DNA of 64,000 bases from Eledone cirrhosa (lineage: Eukaryota), in the NCBI GenBank assembly GCA_964016885.1, contig OZ024751.1, positions 52,886,001-52,950,000 of the forward strand, given 5' to 3'. The notes beneath the pieces were generated by a model, which was not told the origin of the DNA, made no database searches, and saw only the letters and a list, made by a program, of their open reading frames with translations. Position 1 is the first letter of the stretch. Each line of letters opens with the position of its first letter. This document shows, piece after piece, positions 50,001-61,191 of this stretch. The position numbers and the translations under genes were made by a program.

Positions 50001-53000
50001 ACAATTACGACAGCAACAACTACACCAACAATTTCAACAGCAACAACTACATCAACAACTACATCAACAACAACTACATCAACAATTACAACAGCAACAA
50101 CTACATCAACAATTACAACAGCAACAACTACACCAACAATTACAACAGCAACAACTACATCAACAATTACAACAGCAACAACTACACCAACAACTACACC
50201 AACAATTACAACATCAACAACTACACCAACAATTACAACAGCAACAACTACACCAACAATTACAACAGCAACAACTACATCAACAATTACAACAGCAACA
50301 ACTACACCAACAATTACAACAGCAACAACTACACCAACAATTACAACAGCAACAACTACATCAACAACTACACCAACAATTACAACAGCAACAACTACAC
50401 CAACCATTACAACAGCAACAACTACACCAACAATTACAACAGCAAACACTACATCAACAACTACACCAACAATTACAACAGCAACAACTACACCAACAAT
50501 TACAACAGCAACAACTACACCAACAATTACAACAGCAACAACTACACCAACAATTACAACAGCAACAACTACATCAACAATTACAACACCAACAACTACA
50601 CCAACAATTACAACACCAACAACTACACCAACAATTACAACAGCAACAACTACACCAACAATTACAACAGCAACAACTACATCAACAATTACAACAGCAA
50701 CAACTACACCACCAACTACACCAACAATTACAACAGCAACAACTACACCAACAATTACAACAGCAACAACTACACCAACAATTACAACAGCAACAACTAC
50801 ATCAACAATTACAACAGCAACAACTACACCAACAATAACAACAGCAACAACTACACCAACAATTACAACAGCAACAACTACACCAACAATTAAAACAGCA
50901 ACAACTACATCAACAATTACAACAGCAACAACTACATCAACAACTACACCAACAATTACAACAGCAACAACTACACCAACAATTACAACAGCAACAACTA
51001 CACCAACAACTACACCAACAATTACAACAGCAACAACTACACCAACAATTACAACAGCAACAACTACACCAACAATTACAACAGCAACAACTACATCAAC
51101 AACTACACCAACAATTACAACAGCAACAACTACACCAACAATTACAACAGCAACAACTACACCAACAACTACACCAACAATTACAACAGCAAACACTACA
51201 TCAACAACTACACCAACAATTACAACAGCAACAACTACACCAACAATTACAACAGCAACAACTACATCAACAACTACACCAACAATTACAACAGCAACAA
51301 CTACACCAACAATTACAACAGCAACAACTACACCAACAATTACAACAGCAAACACTACATCAACAACTACACCAACAATTACAACAGCAACAACTACACC
51401 AACAATTACAACAGCAACAACTACATCAACAACTACACCAACAATTACAACAGCAACAACTACACCAACAATTACAACAGCAACAACTACATCAACAACT
51501 ACACCAACAATTACAACAGCAACAACTACACCAGCAATTACAACAGCAACAACTACACCAACAACTACATCAACAATTACAACACCAACAACTACATCAA
51601 CAATTACAACACCAACAACTACACCAACAATTACAACAGCAACAACTACACCAACAACTACACCAACAATTACAACAGCAACAAATACACCAACAATTAC
51701 AACAGCAACAACTACACCAACAATTACAACAGCAACAACTACATCAACAATTACAACAGCAACAACTACACCAACAATTACAACAGCAACAACTACACCA
51801 ACAATTACAGCAGCAACAACTACATCAACAACTACACCAACAATTACAACAGCAACAATTAGACCAACAATTACAACAGCAACAACTACACCAACAATTA
51901 CAACAGCAAACACTACATCAACAACTACACCAACAATTACAACACCAACAACTACACCAACAATTACAACAGCAACAACTACACCAACAATTACAACAGC
52001 AACAACTACACCAACAACTACATCAACAATTACAACACCAACAACTACATCAACAATTACAACACCAACAACTACAACAGCAACAACTACACCAACAATT
52101 ACAACAGCAACAACTACATCAACAATTACAACACCAACAACTACACCAACAATTACAACAGCAACAACTACACCAACAATTACAACAGCAACAACTACAC
52201 CAACAATTACAACAGCAACAACTACAGCAACAACTACAGCATCAACTACACCAACAATTACAACAGCAACAACTACACCAACAATTACAACAGCAACAAC
52301 TACAGCAAGAACTACACCAACAATTACAAGAGCAACAACTACATCAACAATTACAACAGCAACAACTACATCAACAACTACACCAACAATTACAACACCA
52401 ACAATTACAACAGCAACAACTACATCAACAAATACACCAACGATTACAACAGCAACAACTACAACAATTACAACAGCAACAACTACACCAACAATTACAA
52501 CAGCAACAACTACACCAACAATTACAACAGCAACAACTACACCAACAATTACAACAGCAACAACTACACCAACAATTACAACAGCAACAACTACACCAAC
52601 AATTACAACAGCAACAACTACATCAACAATTACAACAGCAACAACTACATCAACAACTACACCAACAATTACAACACCAACAATTACAACAGCAACAACT
52701 ACATCAACAACTACACCAACGATTACAACAGCAAGAACTACAACAATTACAACAGCAACAACTACATCAACAATTACAACATCAACAACTACATCAACAA
52801 TTACAACAGCAACAACTACATCAACAATTACAACATCAACAACTACATCAACAATTACAACAGCAACAACTACACCAACAATTACAACAGCAACAACTAC
52901 ATCAACAATTACAACAGAAACAACTACGTCAACAACTATACCAACGATTACAACAGCAACAACTACACCAACAATTACAACAGCAACAACTACATCAACA

Positions 53001-53507
53001 ATTACAACAGCAACAACTACATCAACAATTACAACAGCAGCAACTACACCAACAATTACAACAGCAACAACTACATCAACAACTACACCAACAATTACAA
53101 CAGCAACAACTACATCAACAATTACAACAGCAACAACTACACCAACAACTACAACAGCAACAACTACATCAACAATTACAACAGCAACAACTACATCAAC
53201 AATTACAACAGCAACAACTACATCAACAATTACAACAGCAACAACTACACCAACAATTACAACAGCAACAACTACACCAACAATTACATCAACAATTACA
53301 ACAGCAACAACTACACCAACAATTACAACAGCAACAACTACACCAACAATTACAACAGCAACAACTACATCAATAATTACAACAGCAACAACTACACCAA
53401 CAATTACAACAGCAACAACTACACCAACAATTACAACAGCAACAACTACATCAACAATTACAACAGCAACAACTACACCAACAATTACAACATCAACAAT
53501 TACATGA
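47091..53507 (+). CDS. Doubtful repeat-derived ORF: Asn/Tyr head plus mucin-like tail (2138 aa)
   Basis: Same architecture as 42985-47094. Its ATG overlaps the upstream TGA (ATGA). Confidence 0.1.
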   Translation: MNNNYTNNYNSNNYINNYNINNYINNYNSNNYTNNYNSNNYINNYSSNNYTNNYNSNNYTNNYNSNKYINNYNINNYTNNYNSNNYTNKYNSNNYTNNFNSNNYTNNYNSNNYINNYNSNNYTNNYNSNNYINNYSSNNYTNNYNSNNYTNNYNSNKYINNYNINNYTNNYNSNNYTNKYNSNNYTNNFNSNNYTNNYNSNNYTNNYNSNNYTNNYNSNNYSNNYSINTPTITTATTTPTITTATSTARTTPTITRATTTSTITTATTTSTTTPTITTATIRSTITTATTTSTTTPTITTATTTSTTTPTITTSTTTSTITTATTTPTITTATTTPTITTATTTPTITTATTTPTITTSTTTPTITTATTTPTITTATTTSTITTATTTSTTTPTITTPTITTATTTSTTTPTITTATTTPTITTATTTSTITTSTTTSTIITATTTPTITTATTTSTITTAATTPTITTATTTSTTTPTITTATTTSTITTVTTTPTITTATTTSTITTATTRSTITTATTTPTITTATTTPTITTATTTPTITTATTTSTITTATTTSTTTPTITTPTITTATTTSTNTPTITTATTTTITTATTTPTITTATTTPTITTATTTPTITTATTTPTITTATTTPTITTATTTSTITTATTTSTTTPTITTPTITTATTTSTTTPTITTARTTTITTATTTSTITTATTTSTITTSTTTSTITTATTTSTITTSTTTSTITTATTTPTITTATTTSTITTETTTSTTIPTITTATTTPTITTATTTSTIPTATTTSTITTAATTPTITTATTTSTTTPTITTATTTSTITTATTTPTTTTATTTSTITTATTTSTITTATTTSTITTATTTPTITTATTTPTITAATNTSTITTSTTTPTITTATTTPTITTATTTPTISTATTTSTITTATTTPTITTATTTPTITTATTTPTITTATTTSTITTSTTTPTITTATTTPTITTATTTPTISTATTTSTTTSTTTTSTITTATTTSTITTATTTPTITTATTTSTITTATTTPTTTPTITTSTTTPTITTATTTPTITTATTTSTITTATTTPTITTATTTPTITTATTTSTTTPTITTATTTPTITTATTTPTITTANTTSTTTPTITTATTTPTITTATTTPTITTATTTPTITTATTTSTITTPTTTPTITTPTTTPTITTATTTPTITTATTTSTITTATTTPPTTPTITTATTTPTITTATTTPTITTATTTSTITTATTTPTITTATTTPTITTATTTPTIKTATTTSTITTATTTSTTTPTITTATTTPTITTATTTPTTTPTITTATTTPTITTATTTPTITTATTTSTTTPTITTATTTPTITTATTTPTTTPTITTANTTSTTTPTITTATTTPTITTATTTSTTTPTITTATTTPTITTATTTPTITTANTTSTTTPTITTATTTPTITTATTTSTTTPTITTATTTPTITTATTTSTTTPTITTATTTPAITTATTTPTTTSTITTPTTTSTITTPTTTPTITTATTTPTTTPTITTATNTPTITTATTTPTITTATTTSTITTATTTPTITTATTTPTITAATTTSTTTPTITTATIRPTITTATTTPTITTANTTSTTTPTITTPTTTPTITTATTTPTITTATTTPTTTSTITTPTTTSTITTPTTTTATTTPTITTATTTSTITTPTTTPTITTATTTPTITTATTTPTITTATTTATTTASTTPTITTATTTPTITTATTTARTTPTITRATTTSTITTATTTSTTTPTITTPTITTATTTSTNTPTITTATTTTITTATTTPTITTATTTPTITTATTTPTITTATTTPTITTATTTPTITTATTTSTITTATTTSTTTPTITTPTITTATTTSTTTPTITTARTTTITTATTTSTITTSTTTSTITTATTTSTITTSTTTSTITTATTTPTITTATTTSTITTETTTSTTIPTITTATTTPTITTATTTSTITTATTTSTITTAATTPTITTATTTSTTTPTITTATTTSTITTATTTPTTTTATTTSTITTATTTSTITTATTTSTITTATTTPTITTATTTPTITSTITTATTTPTITTATTTPTITTATTTSIITTATTTPTITTATTTPTITTATTTSTITTATTTPTITTSTIT

Positions 53508-56074
53508 ACAACAACTACACCAACAATTACAACAGCAACAACTACATCAACAATTACAACATCAACAACTACATCAACAATTACAACTGCAACAACTACA
53601 CCAACAATTACAACAGCAACAACTACATCAACAATTACAGCAGCAACAACTACACCAACAATTACAACAGCAACAACTACACCAACAATTACAACAGCAA
53701 CAAATACATCAACAATTACAACATCAACAACTACACCAACAATTACAACAGCAACAACTACACCAACAAATACAACAGCAACAACTACACCAACAATTTC
53801 AACAGCAACAACTACACCAACAATTACAACAGCAACAACTACATCAACAATTACAACAGCAACAACTACACCAACAATTACAACAGCAACAACTACATAA
53901 ACAATTACAGCAGCAACAACTACACCAACAATTACAACAGCAACAACTACACCAACAATTACAACAGCAACAAATACATCAACAATTACAACATCAACAA
54001 CTACACCAACAATTACAACAGCAACAACTACACCAACAAATACAATAGCAACAACTACACCAACAATTTCAACAGCAACAACTACACCAACAATTACAAC
54101 AGCAACAATTACACCAACAATTACAACAGCAACAACTACACCAACAATTACAACAGCAACAACTACACCAACAATTACAACAGCAACAACTACAGCAACA
54201 ACTACAGCATCAACACACCAACAATTACAACAGCAACAACTACACCAACAATTACAACAGCAACATCTACAGCAAGAACTACACCAACAATTACAAGAGC
54301 AACAACTACATCAACAATTACAACAGCAACAACTACATCAACAACTACACCAACAATTACAACAGCAACAATTAGATCAACAATTACAACAGCAACAACT
54401 ACATCAACAACTACACCAACAATTACAACAGCAACAACTACATCAACAACTACACCAACAATTACAACATCAACAACTACATCAACAATTACAACAGCAA
54501 CAACTACACCAACAATTACAACAGCAACAACTACACCAACAATTACAACAGCAACAACTACACCAACAATTACAACAGCAACAACTACACCAACAATTAC
54601 AACATCAACAACTACACCAACAATTACAACAGCAACAACTACACCAACAATTACAACAGCAACAACTACATCAACAATTACAACAGCAACAACTACATCA
54701 ACAACTACACCAACAATTACAACACCAACAATTACAACAGCAACAACTACACCAACAATTACAACAGCAACAACTACACCAACAATTACAACAGCAACAA
54801 CTACAGCAACAACTACAGCATCAACTACACCAACAATTACAACAGCAACAACTACACCAACAATTACAACAGCAACAACTACAGCAAGAACTACACCAAC
54901 AATTACAAGAGCAACAACTACATCAACAATTACAACAGCAACAACTACATCAACAACTACACCAACAATTACAACACCAACAATTACAACAGCAACAACT
55001 ACATCAACAAATACACCAACGATTACAACAGCAACAACTACAACAATTACAACAGCAACAACTACACCAACAATTACAACAGCAACAACTACACCAACAA
55101 TTACAACAGCAACAACTACACCAACAATTACAACAGCAACAACTACACCAACAATTACAACAGCAACAACTACACCAACAATTACAACAGCAACAACTAC
55201 ATCAACAATTACAACAGCAACAACTACATCAACAACTACACCAACAATTACAACACCAACAATTACAACAGCAACAACTACATCAACAACTACACCAACG
55301 ATTACAACAGCAAGAACTACAACAATTACAACAGCAACAACTACATCAACATTTACAACATCAACAACTACATCAACAATTACAACAGCAACAACTACAT
55401 CAACAATTACAACATCAACAACTACATCAACAATTACAACAGCAACAACTACACCAACAATTACAACAGCAACAACTACATCAACAATTACAACAGAAAC
55501 AACTACGTCAACAACTATACCAACGATTACAACAGCAACAACTACACCAACAATTACAACAGCAACAACTACATCAACAATTACAACAGCAACAACTACA
55601 TCAACAATTACAACAGCAGCAACTACACCAACAATTACAACAGCAACAACTACACCAACAATTACAACAGCAACAACTACATCAACAATTACAACAGCAA
55701 CAACTACACCAACAACTACAACAGCAACAACTACATCAACAATTACAACAGCAACAACTACATCAACAATTACAACAGCAACAACTACATCAACAATTAC
55801 AACAGCAACAACTACACCAACAATTACAACAGCAACAACTACACCAACAATTACATCAACAATTACAACAGCAACAACTACACCAACAATTACAACAGCA
55901 ACAACTACACCAACAATTACAACAGCAACAACTACATCAATAATTACAACAGCAACAACTACACCAACAATTACAACAGCAACAACTACACCAACAATTA
56001 CAACAGCAACAACTACATCAACAATTACAACAGCAACAACTACACCAACAATTACAACATCAACAATTACATGA
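53504..56074 (+). CDS. Doubtful repeat-derived ORF: 237-aa Asn/Tyr head plus mucin-like tail (856 aa)
   Basis: Same architecture, with ATGA overlaps at both ends. Confidence 0.1.
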   Translation: MNNNYTNNYNSNNYINNYNINNYINNYNCNNYTNNYNSNNYINNYSSNNYTNNYNSNNYTNNYNSNKYINNYNINNYTNNYNSNNYTNKYNSNNYTNNFNSNNYTNNYNSNNYINNYNSNNYTNNYNSNNYINNYSSNNYTNNYNSNNYTNNYNSNKYINNYNINNYTNNYNSNNYTNKYNSNNYTNNFNSNNYTNNYNSNNYTNNYNSNNYTNNYNSNNYTNNYNSNNYSNNYSINTPTITTATTTPTITTATSTARTTPTITRATTTSTITTATTTSTTTPTITTATIRSTITTATTTSTTTPTITTATTTSTTTPTITTSTTTSTITTATTTPTITTATTTPTITTATTTPTITTATTTPTITTSTTTPTITTATTTPTITTATTTSTITTATTTSTTTPTITTPTITTATTTPTITTATTTPTITTATTTATTTASTTPTITTATTTPTITTATTTARTTPTITRATTTSTITTATTTSTTTPTITTPTITTATTTSTNTPTITTATTTTITTATTTPTITTATTTPTITTATTTPTITTATTTPTITTATTTPTITTATTTSTITTATTTSTTTPTITTPTITTATTTSTTTPTITTARTTTITTATTTSTFTTSTTTSTITTATTTSTITTSTTTSTITTATTTPTITTATTTSTITTETTTSTTIPTITTATTTPTITTATTTSTITTATTTSTITTAATTPTITTATTTPTITTATTTSTITTATTTPTTTTATTTSTITTATTTSTITTATTTSTITTATTTPTITTATTTPTITSTITTATTTPTITTATTTPTITTATTTSIITTATTTPTITTATTTPTITTATTTSTITTATTTPTITTSTIT

Positions 56075-59000
56075 ACAACAACTACACCAACAATTACAAC
56101 AGCAACAACTACATCAACAATTACAACATCAACAACTACATCAACAATTACAACAGCAACAACTACACCAACAATTACAACAGCAACAACTACATCAACA
56201 ATTACAGCAGCAACAACTACACCAACAATTACAACAGCAACAACTACACCAACAATTACAACAGCAACAAATACATCAACAATTACAACATCAACAACTA
56301 CACCAACAATTACAACAGCAACAACTACACCAACAAATACAACAGCAACAACTACACCAACAATTTCAACAGCAACAACTACACCAACAATTACAACAGC
56401 AACAACTACATCAACAATTACAACAGCAACAACTACACCAACAATTACAACAGCAACAACTACATAAACAATTACAGCAGCAACAACTACACCAACAATT
56501 ACAACAGCAACAACTACACCAACAATTACAACAGCAACAAATACATCAACAATTACAACATCAACAACTACACCAACAATTACAACAGCAACAACTACAC
56601 CAACAAATACAATAGCAACAACTACACCAACAATTTCAACAGCAACAACTACACCAACAATTACAACAGCAACAATTACACCAACAATTACAACAGCAAC
56701 AACTACACCAACAATTACAACAGCAACAACTACACCAACAATTACAACAGCAACAACTACAGCAACAACTACAGCATCAACACACCAACAATTACAACAG
56801 CAACAACTACACCAACAATTACAACAGCAACATCTACAGCAAGAACTACACCAACAATTACAAGAGCAACAACTACATCAACAATTACAACAGCAACAAC
56901 TACATCAACAACTACACCAACAATTACAACAGCAACAATTAGATCAACAATTACAACAGCAACAACTACATCAACAACTACACCAACAATTACAACAGCA
57001 ACAACTACATCAACAACTACACCAACAATTACAACATCAACAACTACATCAACAATTACAACAGCAACAACTACACCAACAATTACAACAGCAACAACTA
57101 CACCAACAATTACAACAGCAACAACTACACCAACAATTACAACAGCAACAACTACACCAACAATTACAACATCAACAACTACACCAACAATTACAACAGC
57201 AACAACTACACCAACAATTACAACAGCAACAACTACATCAACAATTACAACAGCAACAACTACATCAACAACTACACCAACAATTACAACACCAACAATT
57301 ACAACAGCAACAACTACATCAACAACTACACCAACGATTACAACAGCAACAACTACACCAACAATTACAACAGCAACAACTACATCAACAATTACAACAT
57401 CAACAACTACATCAACAATTATAACAGCAACAACTACACCAACAATTACAACAGCAACAACTACATCAACAATTACAACAGCAGCAACTACACCAACAAT
57501 TACAACAGCAACAACTACATCAACAACTACACCAACAATTACAACAGCAACAACTACATCAACAATTACAACAGTAACAACTACACCAACAATTACAACA
57601 GCAACAACTACATCAACAATTACAACAGCAACAACTACATCAACAATTACAACAGCAACAACTACACCAACAATTACAACAGCAACAACTACACCAACAA
57701 TTACAACAGCAACAACTACACCAACAATTACAACAGCAACAACTACATCAACAATTACAACATCAACAACTACACCAACAATTACAACAGCAACAACTAC
57801 ACCAACAATTACAACAGCAACAACTACACCAACAATTTCAACAGCAACAACTACATCAACAACTACATCAACAACTACATCAACAACAACTACATCAACA
57901 ATTACAACAGCAACAACTACATCAACAATTACAACAGCAACAACTACACCAACAATTACAACAGCAACAACTACATCAACAATTACAACAGCAACAACTA
58001 CACCAACAACTACACCAACAATTACAACAGCAACAACTACACCAACAATTACAACAGCAACAACTACACCAACAATTACAACAGCAACAACTACATCAAC
58101 AATTACAACAGCAACAACTACACCAACAATTACAACAGCAACAACTACACCAACAATTACAACAGCAACAACTACACCAACAATTACAACAGCAACAACT
58201 ACACCAACAATTACAACAGCAACAACTACACCAACAATTACAACAGCAACAACTACATCAACAACTACACCAACAATTACAACAGCAACAACTACACCAA
58301 CCATTACAACAGCAACAACTACACCAACAACTACACCAACAATTACAACAGCAAACACTACATCAACAACTACACCAACAATTACAACAGCAACAACTAC
58401 ACCAACAATTACAACAGCAACAACTACGCCAACAATTACAACAGCAACAACTACATCAACAATTACAACACCAACAACTACACCAACAATTACAACACCA
58501 ACAACTACACCAACAATTACAACAGCAACAACTACACCAACAATTACAACAGCAACAACTACATCAACAATTACAACAGCAACAACTACACCACCAACTA
58601 CACCAACAATTACAACAGCAACAACTACACCAACAATTACAACAGCAACAACTACACCAACAATTACAACAGCAACAACTACATCAACAATTACAACAGC
58701 AACAATTACAACAGCAACAACTACACCAACAATTACAACAGCAACAACTACACCAACAATTACAACAGCAACAACTACATCAACAATTACAACAGCAACA
58801 ACTACACCAACAATTACAACAGCAACAACTACACCAACAATTACAACAGCAACAACTACATCAACAACTACACCAACAATTACAACAGCAACAACTACAC
58901 CAACAATTACAACAGCAACAACTACACCAACAACTACACCAACAATTACAACAGCAAACACTACATCAACAACTACACCAACAATTACAACAGCAACAAC

Positions 59001-61191
59001 TACACCAACAATTACAACAGCAACAACTACATCAACAACTACACCAACAATTACAACAGCAACAACTACACCAACAATTACAACAGCAACAACTACACCA
59101 ACAACTACATCAACAATTACAACACCAACAACTACATCAACAATTACAACACCAACAACTACATCAACAATTACAACAGCAACAACTACACCAACACTTA
59201 CAACAGCAACAACTACATCAACAACTACACCAACAATTACAACAGCAACAACTACACCAACAATTACAACAGCAACAACTACACCAACAACTACATCAAC
59301 AATTACAACACCAACAACTACATCAACAATTACAACACCAACAACTACACCAACAATTACAACAGCAACAACTACACCAACAACTACACCAACAATTACA
59401 ACAGCAACAAATACACCAACAATTACAACAGCAACAACTACACCAACAATTACAACAGCAACAACTACATCAACAATTACAACAGCAACAACTACACCAA
59501 CAATTACAACAGCAACAACTACACCAACAATTACAGCAGCAACAACTACATTAACAACTACACCAACAATTACAACAGCAACAATTAGACCAACAATTAC
59601 AACAGCAACAACTACACCAACAATTACAACAGCAAACACTACATCAACAACTACACCAACAATTACAACACCAACAACCACACCAACAATTACAACAGCA
59701 ACAACTACACCAACAATTACAACAGCAACAATTACACCAACAACTACATCAACAATTACAACACCAACAACTACATCAACAATTACAACACCAACAACTA
59801 CACCAACAATTACAACAGCAACAACTACACCAACAATTACAACAGCAACAACTACATCAACAATTACAACACCAACAACTACACCAACAATTACAACAGC
59901 AACAACTACACCAACAATTACAACAGCAACAACTACACCAACAATTACAACAGCAACAACTACAGCAACAACTACAGCATCAACTACACCAACAATTACA
60001 ACAGCAACAACTACACCAACAATTACAACAGCAAGAACTACACCAACAATTACAAGAGCAACAACTACATCAACAATTACAACAGCAACAACTACATCAA
60101 CAACTACACCAACAATTACAACACCAACAATTACAACAGCAACAACTACATCAACAAATACACCAACGATTACAACAATTACAACAGCAACAACTACACC
60201 AACAATTACAACAGCAACAACTACACCAACAATTACAACAGCAACAACTACACCAACAATTACAACAGCAACAACTACACCTACAATTACAACAGCAACA
60301 ACTACACCAACAACTACAACAGCAACAACTACATCAACAATTACAACAGCAACAACTACATCAACAACTACACCAACAATTACAACACCAACAATTACAA
60401 CAGCAACAACTACATCAACAACTACACCAACGATTACAACAGCAACAACTACAACAATTACAACAGCAACAACTACATCAACAATTACAACATCAACAAC
60501 TACATCAACAATTACAACAGCAACAACTACATCAACAATTACAACATCAACAACTACATCAACAATTACAACAGAAACAACTACATCAACAACTATACCA
60601 ACGATTACAACAGCAACAACTACACCAACAATTACAACAGCAACAACTACATCAACAATTACAACAGCAACAACTACATCAACAATTACAACAGCAGCAA
60701 CTACACCAACAATTACAACAGCAACAACTACATCAACAACTACACCAACAATTACAACAGCAACAACTACATCAACAATTACAACAGCAACAACTACACC
60801 AACAATTACAACAGCAACAACTACATCAACAATTACAACAGCAACAACTACATCAACAATTACAACAGCAACAACTACATCAACAATTACAACAGCAACA
60901 ACTACACCAACAATTACAACAGCAACAACTACACCAACAATTACAACAGCAACAACTACATCAACAATTACAACAGCAACAACTACACCAACAATTACAA
61001 CAGCAACAACTACACCAACAATTACAACAGCAACAACTACATCAATAATTACAACAGCAACAACTACACCAACAATTACAACAGCATCAACTACACCAAC
61101 AATTACAACAGCAACAACTACATCAACAATTACAACAGCAACAACTACACCAACAATTAAAACATCAACAACTACATCAACAATTACATGA
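56071..61191 (+). CDS. Doubtful repeat-derived ORF: Asn/Tyr head plus mucin-like tail (1706 aa)
   Basis: Same architecture, with ATGA overlaps at both ends. Confidence 0.1.
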   Translation: MNNNYTNNYNSNNYINNYNINNYINNYNSNNYTNNYNSNNYINNYSSNNYTNNYNSNNYTNNYNSNKYINNYNINNYTNNYNSNNYTNKYNSNNYTNNFNSNNYTNNYNSNNYINNYNSNNYTNNYNSNNYINNYSSNNYTNNYNSNNYTNNYNSNKYINNYNINNYTNNYNSNNYTNKYNSNNYTNNFNSNNYTNNYNSNNYTNNYNSNNYTNNYNSNNYTNNYNSNNYSNNYSINTPTITTATTTPTITTATSTARTTPTITRATTTSTITTATTTSTTTPTITTATIRSTITTATTTSTTTPTITTATTTSTTTPTITTSTTTSTITTATTTPTITTATTTPTITTATTTPTITTATTTPTITTSTTTPTITTATTTPTITTATTTSTITTATTTSTTTPTITTPTITTATTTSTTTPTITTATTTPTITTATTTSTITTSTTTSTIITATTTPTITTATTTSTITTAATTPTITTATTTSTTTPTITTATTTSTITTVTTTPTITTATTTSTITTATTTSTITTATTTPTITTATTTPTITTATTTPTITTATTTSTITTSTTTPTITTATTTPTITTATTTPTISTATTTSTTTSTTTSTTTTSTITTATTTSTITTATTTPTITTATTTSTITTATTTPTTTPTITTATTTPTITTATTTPTITTATTTSTITTATTTPTITTATTTPTITTATTTPTITTATTTPTITTATTTPTITTATTTSTTTPTITTATTTPTITTATTTPTTTPTITTANTTSTTTPTITTATTTPTITTATTTPTITTATTTSTITTPTTTPTITTPTTTPTITTATTTPTITTATTTSTITTATTTPPTTPTITTATTTPTITTATTTPTITTATTTSTITTATITTATTTPTITTATTTPTITTATTTSTITTATTTPTITTATTTPTITTATTTSTTTPTITTATTTPTITTATTTPTTTPTITTANTTSTTTPTITTATTTPTITTATTTSTTTPTITTATTTPTITTATTTPTTTSTITTPTTTSTITTPTTTSTITTATTTPTLTTATTTSTTTPTITTATTTPTITTATTTPTTTSTITTPTTTSTITTPTTTPTITTATTTPTTTPTITTATNTPTITTATTTPTITTATTTSTITTATTTPTITTATTTPTITAATTTLTTTPTITTATIRPTITTATTTPTITTANTTSTTTPTITTPTTTPTITTATTTPTITTATITPTTTSTITTPTTTSTITTPTTTPTITTATTTPTITTATTTSTITTPTTTPTITTATTTPTITTATTTPTITTATTTATTTASTTPTITTATTTPTITTARTTPTITRATTTSTITTATTTSTTTPTITTPTITTATTTSTNTPTITTITTATTTPTITTATTTPTITTATTTPTITTATTTPTITTATTTPTTTTATTTSTITTATTTSTTTPTITTPTITTATTTSTTTPTITTATTTTITTATTTSTITTSTTTSTITTATTTSTITTSTTTSTITTETTTSTTIPTITTATTTPTITTATTTSTITTATTTSTITTAATTPTITTATTTSTTTPTITTATTTSTITTATTTPTITTATTTSTITTATTTSTITTATTTSTITTATTTPTITTATTTPTITTATTTSTITTATTTPTITTATTTPTITTATTTSIITTATTTPTITTASTTPTITTATTTSTITTATTTPTIKTSTTTSTIT

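Larger units (their letters stand above)
42985..61187. repeat. Four higher-order units (4106, 6413, 2567 and 5117 bp) sharing a near-identical head of about 1.2 kb that carries a 1-bp deletion
   Basis: Units start at ATG 42985, 47091, 53504 and 56071. Each has TACATAAAC and then AGCATCAAC-ACACC in place of AGCATCAACTACACC, with the deletion after 43668, 47774, 54214 and 56781. Confidence 0.9.
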
